Positions 43,703 to 50,499 of a stretch of 58,588 nucleotides of DNA are shown here, one piece after another (positions within the stretch are counted from its first letter, which is position 1; every line of letters starts with the position of its first letter). This DNA is from Bdellovibrionia bacterium (GTDB lineage: Bacteria > Bdellovibrionota > Bdellovibrionia > Bdellovibrionales > JAGQZY01): contig JAUHWN010000005.1 in NCBI GenBank assembly GCA_030424665.1, forward strand, positions 1 through 58,588, given 5' to 3'. Position numbers and translations under genes: made by a program. Below the pieces are notes generated by a model, which was given only the letters and a program-made list of their open reading frames with translations, was not told the origin of the DNA and did no database searches.

Positions 43703-43800
43703 GTAGAAGCTTCCTTTTGGTAGCATACCTGCATTATCCTTCAAGCATAGTCTTTCGCAGCACTTCGACACAGGTGCGCTACCAAAAGGAAGCTTCTACC
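43702..43800. repeat. 23 bp perfect inverted repeat (extendable to about 29 bp) with a 53 nt spacer
   Basis: GGTAGAAGCTTCCTTTTGGTAGC (43702-43724) and its exact reverse complement GCTACCAAAAGGAAGCTTCTACC (43778-43800). After one mismatch, ACCTG/CAGGT extends the stem. The arms touch the stop codons of both convergent genes (43700-43702 and 43796-43798). Confidence 0.9.
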
Positions 43801-44989
43801 GGGAGGATTTGGCGTAAATCTCAATTGATTTGCGAATTTCTTTGAAATGCATGGGGATGCGAATATAGGGAATTCGGCTGATATTCAACTTTTCAGTCTG
43901 TTGAGTTTCTTTGCCTAAATCGTGCTCGACTTTTAAATGTAAGGATTCACTTGCTTTATTCTGCTCCATCAACGGAATGAATGCGTCCAGTCCACAGGTC
44001 TTTAGCCATTGAACAAAAAACTCGTTTTCCCGCTTTAGATGCGACGTAAAGTCAGTTTCCAGCATTTTGGGATGCGCAAAGAAATACTTGTTAGAGATAA
44101 TCGGTTGGTACCCGCTGGCCAAAACTGAACAAATTCCCATTTGCTTGTTAAGAACCTCAGCAAAGGAATTCGGAAGCTCTTTAAAGAACACGGAGTGAAT
44201 CATAGAGAGACTGTAAAACCGGCTCCTTCTGAACTTCTGGATTTGCTCGCGATCCAGAGCTTCAAAGCCTTTCAGAGGATAGGTTCGCTGAAGCTGCCCC
44301 TCGATCAACATCAAGTCCGCAGCGAACATCATTGCAAAAACCGATGTCGAGTGAACCGCAAGCTGGATCGCCTTCCTCAATAGTCGGTAGGCCTTTTCCA
44401 CATCATTTTTTTGAATGTGCTGGGCCAATCGCACACTGAGAAGACTTCGAAATTCAAAAAATTTCGAAACCTGCAATTCTTCCAATTCCTCAATTTGTTG
44501 CATGTAATTCTGATCTTTTAAGGCTCCCAACGCCTTCTTTGCTCCATCACTCGCAAAGAGGTTCCAATGGTCAAAATCATGGATTTTGTCGAGCCAGGAA
44601 ATATCGATGTCAGCCCATTCTGGGTAGGTGAGAAAATTGAGGAGCTGCCCCTCCGACGAAGTCGAAAGCCTTTCTCGATCAATAATATCGAGAATTTGCT
44701 TCAGACCTTTATCTGGGACCCCTTCTGCTGGCAAAAAGCCAACATAGGCTTCTATAAAGGGCTGAAAGTTCACCTTCCAGGGACTTTTCTCAAAATGGGG
44801 AAGTTGTGACAATTCAACAAGATCCTCCAGGACCTCTAACCTCTTTTCAGCCAAATCAGTCATCTTATCTTTGATTTCCGGAATGGAGTGTTTGGCAATA
44901 ATCATTTGAGAAAAGATTGGAATTATCCCAAAAGAAAAAAGGAGCACAATTACGAGAATTGTGATGATAATTCTAAGGATGATTTTCAT
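43796..44989 (-). CDS. Membrane-anchored hypothetical protein
   Basis: N-terminal TM helix MKIILRIIITILVIVLLFSFGIIPIF. The remainder is helical. No family recognised. Confidence 0.6.
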   Translation of the reverse strand: MKIILRIIITILVIVLLFSFGIIPIFSQMIIAKHSIPEIKDKMTDLAEKRLEVLEDLVELSQLPHFEKSPWKVNFQPFIEAYVGFLPAEGVPDKGLKQILDIIDRERLSTSSEGQLLNFLTYPEWADIDISWLDKIHDFDHWNLFASDGAKKALGALKDQNYMQQIEELEELQVSKFFEFRSLLSVRLAQHIQKNDVEKAYRLLRKAIQLAVHSTSVFAMMFAADLMLIEGQLQRTYPLKGFEALDREQIQKFRRSRFYSLSMIHSVFFKELPNSFAEVLNKQMGICSVLASGYQPIISNKYFFAHPKMLETDFTSHLKRENEFFVQWLKTCGLDAFIPLMEQNKASESLHLKVEHDLGKETQQTEKLNISRIPYIRIPMHFKEIRKSIEIYAKSSR

Positions 44990-45017
44990 TGCTCAGCCTC
45001 TCGATTCGGAGATATTT

Positions 45018-45237
45018 TTGTCTGACAATAATGCAAACGAGACCATAGTAAAAAATCGAGTCTTTGTCAGACAACCCATTTTTCAAAGGCGCGACCTCAT
45101 TTGTCAGACAATTTCCAAAATTGAGGAGGTTTTTGCTAAACAATCTCACTTTTGACGATAACGAATTGTCTTACATTGGCTCACAGACCAGGGTCTGGGG
45201 GTGATTCGACAAATATCCATTGAATTTTGTCTGACAA
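45018..45237. promoter_or_regulatory. Four copies of the 11 bp palindrome TTGTCNGACAA (candidate operator array)
   Basis: Exact copies at 45018-45028, 45064-45074, 45101-45111 and 45227-45237. All lie in the 266 bp divergent intergenic region between the 43796..44989 gene (-) and truA (+). The last copy ends 18 nt before the truA ATG. Confidence 0.5.
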
Positions 45238-45255
45238 TCGACAATAAATCTCCCC

Positions 45256-46044
45256 ATGTCTTTGAAACCCCGATACCGACTTACACTCGCCTATGACGGA
45301 ACTGATTTTTTCGGCTGGCAAAAACAAAACAAGCCCGATCAGCCCAGCATCCAGGCTGAGCTCGAAGAAGCTCTGAGCAAAATCTTCAATGAAAAAATCC
45401 AGGTCATCGGTTCGGGACGTACAGATCGCGGAGTTCACGCTAAGGCTCAGGTTTGCCACTTCAACTCTCCTTTGAGACTCATGTCTAGCTTCGATTTACC
45501 CTATAAACTCAATGAATTGACGGCTCCTGGAATATGCGTGCACAGGATTCAAACCTGTCCACCGCGTTTTCACGCTCAACTTTGGGCAAAAAAGAAAACC
45601 TACGACTACTTCATCGATCCCCGCAAAAGGCCCGATGCCTTCAATCTCAGGTACTCTTGGCACTATCCCTATCGCCTGGACTTGGTTGAGCTCAATAAAA
45701 TGGCAGAACTCATCACTGGAAAGATGGATTTTAAGAGTTTTCAATCTAAGGGAACACCGACTCCAACATCGGTGAGAACGATTCTCAATTGCAAATGGGA
45801 GGAACTTGAGGATGGACGCCTTCGCTTTCGAATCGAAGGCGATGGCTTTCTCAAACAAATGGTGAGAAACATCGTTGGTACAATGATTGGCTTGCAAAAA
45901 GATGAAATAGCGCCCGAAAAGATTACGGAGATCATCGAAGCTCAAGATCGACAGAGAGCAGGCGGGACCGCCCCTGGCCATGGCCTCTTTATGGACCACG
46001 TTGACTATGGCCCAGATACTGACGGGTTGTGTAAGGAGTTTTAA
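45256..46044 (+). CDS. truA: tRNA pseudouridine(38-40) synthase
   Basis: YRLTLAYDGTDFFGWQKQ and the catalytic Asp context GSGRTDRGVHA. Confidence 0.93.
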   Translation: MSLKPRYRLTLAYDGTDFFGWQKQNKPDQPSIQAELEEALSKIFNEKIQVIGSGRTDRGVHAKAQVCHFNSPLRLMSSFDLPYKLNELTAPGICVHRIQTCPPRFHAQLWAKKKTYDYFIDPRKRPDAFNLRYSWHYPYRLDLVELNKMAELITGKMDFKSFQSKGTPTPTSVRTILNCKWEELEDGRLRFRIEGDGFLKQMVRNIVGTMIGLQKDEIAPEKITEIIEAQDRQRAGGTAPGHGLFMDHVDYGPDTDGLCKEF

Positions 46045-46236
46045 GGGCCCTCAGAGCCTTTGCGAGCTACATTCGGCGAAGCCCTGCCCCCTTCTAATAA
46101 AGCACAACTCCTCACTGGTAAGTAATACCCTAAACTATTATTATTATTAGATTTTTGCTTAACTACCCAGATTTATTGAACTTTGCTCAACCCTCTTCAA
46201 AAATTAGAAAATAAGCCTATAAAAAACACCTAACTA

Positions 46237-46265
46237 TTGACAATAAGTGACGAAGCCAGTACAAA
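46237..46265 (+). promoter_or_regulatory. Sigma70-like promoter candidate for rplM-rpsI
   Basis: TTGACA (46237-46242), 17 nt spacer, TACAAA (46260-46265), about 50 nt upstream of the rplM ATG. Confidence 0.4.
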
Positions 46266-46313
46266 CCAACGTCTTGCTAAAGTTTTAAGCTCTATTTGAT
46301 ATTGGAGATATCA

Positions 46314-46745
46314 ATGAAAACATGGTCTGCAAAAGAAGGCGAAATTAATCCGAACTGGTACGTAGTTGATGCCGAAGGTAAAAACCTTGGTCGCCTATCA
46401 ACTCAAATCGCCACTGTATTACGCGGCAAACACCGCCCCACTTTCACGCCTCACATGGATACTGGTGATTTCGTCGTTGTTATCAACGCTGACAAGATCA
46501 CAATGACTGGAAATAAATGGGATGACATGAAGTACTACCGTCGTTCACGTTGGTTTGGTTCTTTGAAAGAAACAACGGCTCGTGAAATGCTCGATAAAGA
46601 TCCTTCTTTCATCATCAAAGATAGTGTTCGCGGAATGCTTCCGAAGAACCGTCTTGGTCGTAAAATTATTAAAAAATTAAAAGTATATGCTGGTCCTAAC
46701 CATCCACACGATGCTCAGAGACCTGAAGCTCTTAAGGTAAACTAA
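46314..46745 (+). CDS. rplM: 50S ribosomal protein L13
   Basis: MKTWSAKEGEINPNWYVVDAEGKNLGRLSTQIATVLRGKHRPTFTPH is the conserved L13 N-terminus. ATG 46314 has GGAGA 6 nt upstream. Confidence 0.97.
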   Translation: MKTWSAKEGEINPNWYVVDAEGKNLGRLSTQIATVLRGKHRPTFTPHMDTGDFVVVINADKITMTGNKWDDMKYYRRSRWFGSLKETTAREMLDKDPSFIIKDSVRGMLPKNRLGRKIIKKLKVYAGPNHPHDAQRPEALKVN

Positions 46746-46757
46746 GGAAGAGATTGA

Positions 46758-47153
46758 ATGGCTGAAGAAAAAGTATTCTACGCAACAGGACGCCGAAAAA
46801 CCTCTACTGCCCGTGTATTTTTGAAGCCGGGTAGCGGAAAGATCGAAATCAACGGTAAGACAAGTGACAACTACCTTAGTCGCCCGTCTTCTAGAGCAAC
46901 AATTGAGCAACCTTTCCAAGCAATTTCACAAAACGGAAAGTTTGACTGCTACATTACTGTAAAAGGTGGTGGTGAGTCTGGACAAGCCGGCGCTATTCGT
47001 CACGGAATTTCTAGAGCTCTTACAATCTTTGACGAAGAGAACAGAAAAGCTCTTAAGAAGGTTGGATACCTTACTCGTGACTCTCGTATGGTTGAACGTA
47101 AGAAATATGGTCTCCACAAAGCACGTCGTAAGTCACAATTCTCTAAGCGTTAA
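46758..47153 (+). CDS. rpsI: 30S ribosomal protein S9
   Basis: [15 protein letters not shown]...[19 protein letters not shown]...[27 protein letters not shown] is the canonical S9 sequence. Confidence 0.97.
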   Translation: MAEEKVFYATGRRKTSTARVFLKPGSGKIEINGKTSDNYLSRPSSRATIEQPFQAISQNGKFDCYITVKGGGESGQAGAIRHGISRALTIFDEENRKALKKVGYLTRDSRMVERKKYGLHKARRKSQFSKR

Positions 47154-47183
47154 TCGCAAGAGTATTAAAATTTGTTTTATCAA

Positions 47184-47210
47184 AGCCAGGTTTCACACCT
47201 GGCTTTTTTT
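47184..47210 (+). terminator. Rho-independent terminator of rplM-rpsI
   Basis: AGCCAGGT-TTCAC-ACCTGGCT followed by TTTTTTT. Confidence 0.8.
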
Positions 47211-47310
47211 GTGCCCTATGAATATCGATGGGGACCGCCCTAATTGCAAAACCACCAGAGTTAATTGAATTATAGTAATCCCCTAGGTTCATTCTTTTAA
47301 CTAAAAGTGA

Positions 47311-47440
47311 GGGGGTAAAAAAGAAGAAACCCTGGCGGGAACCAGGGTCTCCGGGTATTGGGTATAGGTAGGGACGACTCTTCGGGGAAAGAGTCACAGG
47401 TCGGGGAACCTGAACATCGGGGGGACGATGATACTTTTAT
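47311..47440 (-). ncRNA. Candidate small RNA: four consecutive hairpins with U(U/C)CCC(C/G) loops, the last an intrinsic terminator
   Basis: Minus strand reads CAUCG-UCCCCC-CGAUG (47415-47430), CAGGU-UCCCCG-ACCUG (47397-47412), GACUCUU-UCCCCG-AAGAGUC (47376-47395), and ACCCUGG-UUCCCG-CCAGGGU (47329-47348) followed by UUUCUUCUUUUUU. It is intergenic. The only overlapping ORF (47143..47397) looks spurious. The 5' end is not determined. Confidence 0.4.
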
Positions 47441-47709
47441 ATATAGCAAGGGCCAGACCAGCTCAGAACAGCTTTAAATTGGCGCATACAGAGTTCTAAT
47501 GTGTATAGTTGCTGCTAGGGTGTGACAATTTATCAGTCGTCACAATTCTACAGTTTGCGAACTCTTTTGATAGGCTTCGAACAGCTGTACATTTGTTAGG
47601 AATCTAACATTCGTTTCAAAGTGAGATTTCTCGCTCAACCCCATAAGGGCCGCTCTCAAATCAAACCTGAGAAGAGTATTCCTTAATCAATTTCAAGCCC
47701 GATAGATCG

Positions 47710-47737
47710 AAAAAAATAGGCGAGCTCTCGCTCGCCT
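47710..47737 (-). terminator. Rho-independent terminator downstream of the TonB-dependent receptor
   Basis: Minus strand reads AGGCGAGC-GAGA-GCTCGCCT followed by ATTTTTTT. Confidence 0.7.
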
Positions 47738-47771
47738 GTTATTCGTCGCTTTACAGAAAGGAACTTGGAAC

Positions 47772-49829
47772 CTAGAACTTCTGATCAACCGTCAAGCCGA
47801 CAAAACGCCCTGGCTGTGGAGCCTTAGTGTTAAGCCAGCCCTCAGGCCCTTCACCAAAAGGAGAGGCGTGCTCGTATTTTTCGTCTAGGAGGTTACGTGC
47901 AAACAGAGTTAAAGAGCCGTCTTTCCAAAGGTCTTTGTAATGAATAGAAAGGTCGACTAAAAAATGCCCATCAATCTTTCCAATTCCATTGGTAGCCGTA
48001 GCATCAAGAAAACTAATTTCATCAGACCAGCGGAGTCTTGTATCGAAACTCAATTGATCCATCTTATAGTTTGCTCCCGCAGAGACCTTGCTTTGCGCCA
48101 CCTTGTTGAGATCTTCTCCACCGTCTTGCTCAGCATTGAGGTATGAGTAATAGAGGTAGGCAGTAATGTTGTCCTGTTGATAATCGAACTCTAATTCAAA
48201 ACCAGATGACTTTGGCTCACCCTGGTTTACATTGCTACTCCATCCACCATTATTTTCGGGACGAATTAAATTCTTAATGTTGTTCATAAATGAATTAAGA
48301 GAAACATTGAGGTTTTTGGTGAGTAAGTACGAAAAGTTCAACTGAATCGTTTGCAACTCTTCTGGCTCAAGATCCGGATTGGGAAAATATCCAAAGGTAC
48401 CGGCGCTCCAATGCTCAAAAGCAAGGTAACGCGAAGGTTTGATATAGGCTTCACCATACAAGAGTTTAGCAACAAATTTATCATCCGGAGTATAGACGAC
48501 ACCCGCTCTTGGCGTGAAAACCCCATAGTAATCGGAGTTATAGTCATAGCGAACACCAACGTTAAACTGCCATACATCATCTGGTGCATAATTCGCTTCA
48601 GTGTATACACCTGCCCCGGTATATGGTCTCACACCGAAGTTGAGAGTCTGATTACGAAACTCAACGGGAATATTAGTGTCATTCGGGTATGTGATTGAGT
48701 CGACAAGGTCGTCTCTATCAAATGGAGTGTTTAAGTTGTTTCCTTTTGCAAAGGCATCGACTGATTCAGCTTTGAAACCCGAAACCAATTTATACTTTTT
48801 AGAAGGTCTCCATTCTAACTTCTCCTCAATATACATGGCTGTGTTCTTACCATACTTATACTGAAGGAATGGTCCCTGATAGTAGAAAACTGAATTGGGA
48901 TCGATTTCATAATCTTCATAACCTATCAATGTATCAAGTGTCCAATTCTCGCCTTCAAAAGTGTGCTCAACAGTGATTTTATTTTGCTTTTGATTCCATA
49001 CATAGCCAGCATCAAACTGAAAAAGTGCAGGAGACGTTGATTGCCCACCCGGTTCATTGGCATTCTGATGGTAGAAGGTAACCTTAGCTTCACCAATATT
49101 AGTCACCCAGTGTACTTCAAAATCATTAACTGGCTGCTCAAAACCTAATCCAAGAGTGTTGTAGGTATCAAATGATTCAAAACCTGTTGGATCAAACCCT
49201 TTACTAAAAAATCTTCTGTAAGAAATCATTGAATTCACTTTGTCATTGAACTCATGACCGACTACGACTCCGGCATCTATCGTCTCTGGATCGCCGTAAC
49301 TGATATTCACAGCTCCCATATTTCCGTCTTTTTTGTAGTCTTCGAAACTCTTAGAAATTACATTCACAATACCCGCATAGGCATCAGCACCGTAGTGAAC
49401 CGCTCCCGGCCCATAAACGATTTCAATTCGTTTTACATTAAATAATGGGATGTTATTTCCTAGAACGAAACGTTCACCAGTAATCGCATTAAGGCGTTTA
49501 CCATCTTTAAGAAACAGGAGCTTATTAGCGCCAAGAAGACCACGATTCATCGCAAGCGTTCTTACCTCACCCGTTAACTCTTCGGACACATCAAAGCCCG
49601 GAAGGTCACGAAAAATATCCTTAAGATCTCGATATCCTCTTTCTTTGATTTGGCTCTCTGTAATTACCCGAACCGTTGCCGGAGTTTTTCTTAGACTCTC
49701 TTCTGATTTCGAAGCTGTTGTCACCGTAACATCAAGAAATTGCGTAAGATCCATATTATCAACATCAATGTCTTGAGCTTGGGCCTGAAAACAAAACAGC
49801 ATTGCAAACAAAATAGTTAGTGATTTCAT
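47772..49829 (-). CDS. TonB-dependent outer-membrane receptor
   Basis: I prefer ATG 49829 (AGGA 6 nt upstream), which gives MKSLTILFAMLFCFQAQA/QD. Plug-domain motifs TASKSEESLRKTPATVRVITESQIKERGYRDLKDIFRDLPG and RIEIVYGPGAVHYGADAYAGIVNV. Long beta-barrel with C-terminal ...GLTVDQKF. Confidence 0.9.
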   Translation of the reverse strand: MKSLTILFAMLFCFQAQAQDIDVDNMDLTQFLDVTVTTASKSEESLRKTPATVRVITESQIKERGYRDLKDIFRDLPGFDVSEELTGEVRTLAMNRGLLGANKLLFLKDGKRLNAITGERFVLGNNIPLFNVKRIEIVYGPGAVHYGADAYAGIVNVISKSFEDYKKDGNMGAVNISYGDPETIDAGVVVGHEFNDKVNSMISYRRFFSKGFDPTGFESFDTYNTLGLGFEQPVNDFEVHWVTNIGEAKVTFYHQNANEPGGQSTSPALFQFDAGYVWNQKQNKITVEHTFEGENWTLDTLIGYEDYEIDPNSVFYYQGPFLQYKYGKNTAMYIEEKLEWRPSKKYKLVSGFKAESVDAFAKGNNLNTPFDRDDLVDSITYPNDTNIPVEFRNQTLNFGVRPYTGAGVYTEANYAPDDVWQFNVGVRYDYNSDYYGVFTPRAGVVYTPDDKFVAKLLYGEAYIKPSRYLAFEHWSAGTFGYFPNPDLEPEELQTIQLNFSYLLTKNLNVSLNSFMNNIKNLIRPENNGGWSSNVNQGEPKSSGFELEFDYQQDNITAYLYYSYLNAEQDGGEDLNKVAQSKVSAGANYKMDQLSFDTRLRWSDEISFLDATATNGIGKIDGHFLVDLSIHYKDLWKDGSLTLFARNLLDEKYEHASPFGEGPEGWLNTKAPQPGRFVGLTVDQKF

Positions 49830-49960
49830 AGGGTTCCTCTCAAATTGCATATGATCAATGTTACTCAAATTGAGACGATCAACAACTTCTATTGAAATCA
49901 AACAGGACTTTAGACCATTAACCGATAGAAACAAAATCTAGCCATTTAGAAGAGATAAAT

Positions 49961-50419
49961 TTATTTGCTCAATTGAGCTTCGACACAAGAAAAATACCGA
50001 TTATTGAGAACGTCAATCTCCCATTGCCCGTCTTCTTCAACTTCCTTCAGAAGTTCGACTTTTCCTTCGGAGTTAATTTTGACATCCTTTTCAACATCGA
50101 TAAGCAATTCGACTTCCCTTGAACCTTTTGCTGAAAAAAAGGGCACGTAAAAACTTTGGATTTGAATTTGATCCGTAATCACTTCAGGAAATAAAGACGC
50201 CTGGGTCATAAACGAAACACTCAGGTTTTTTAGAAGAAATTTAACTTTGTTAGAACTGTTGATCCATGCTGTCCAGCGCATGATTCCCAATGAATTGATC
50301 AAACGATTTTGCGAAAAGTCCACATGGACAGTGTCAATTTCAGTGAGGCTTGGAAGAGCAGTTTGCTCATTTAAAACTTCTGGTGCCTTGTAGGAGAGCT
50401 CGTTGTTTTTATCAGACAT
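49961..50419 (-). CDS. Hypothetical cytoplasmic protein
   Basis: No signal peptide. The segment VHVDFSQNRLINSLGIMRWTAWI is weakly STAS-like, which is too thin for a call. It lies between the anti-sigma/VWA gene and the receptor. Confidence 0.5.
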   Translation of the reverse strand: MSDKNNELSYKAPEVLNEQTALPSLTEIDTVHVDFSQNRLINSLGIMRWTAWINSSNKVKFLLKNLSVSFMTQASLFPEVITDQIQIQSFYVPFFSAKGSREVELLIDVEKDVKINSEGKVELLKEVEEDGQWEIDVLNNRYFSCVEAQLSK

Positions 50420-50447
50420 AGATGTAATTATTTTTTAAAAAGAACAA

Positions 50448-50475
50448 GGGATCAACCTATTTCTAGGAGGATCCC
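50448..50475 (-). terminator. Hairpin plus T-rich tract between the VWA gene and the downstream gene (possible partial terminator)
   Basis: GGGATC (50448-50453) and GATCCC (50470-50475) flank a 16 nt loop. The minus strand continues TTGTTCTTTTT. Confidence 0.3.
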
Positions 50476-50499
50476 TCATTTATCAATTTAAGCCCTATT

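Noticed and set aside
43577-43771. 64 aa minus-strand ORF covering the inverted-repeat spacer.
   Set aside because: It overlaps the 3' end of the large plus-strand gene in antisense, has no Shine-Dalgarno sequence, and only just passes the length cutoff.
44961-45459. Track ORFs 44961..45155 (+) and 45181..45459 (-) in the truA upstream region.
   Set aside because: They have no Shine-Dalgarno sequence. They span the palindrome array and the 5' end of truA in antisense. The region is better explained as regulatory DNA.
47143-47397. 84 aa minus-strand ORF overlapping the hairpin array.
   Set aside because: The product is Pro/Gly-rich nonsense-like (MTLSPKSRPYLYPIPGDPGSRQGFFFF...). There is no Shine-Dalgarno sequence. 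The ORF reads through the terminator hairpin and into the rpsI 3' end. The RNA-structure explanation is stronger.
49839-49872. Possible Fur box upstream of the TonB-dependent receptor.
   Set aside because: The AT-rich core (ATTGATCATATGCAAT on the minus strand) is only a loose match to GATAATGATAATCATTATC and is not a clean palindrome. What is actually there is a 9 nt direct repeat, CTCAAATTG, at 49839-49847 and 49864-49872. That is too little to assign a regulator.
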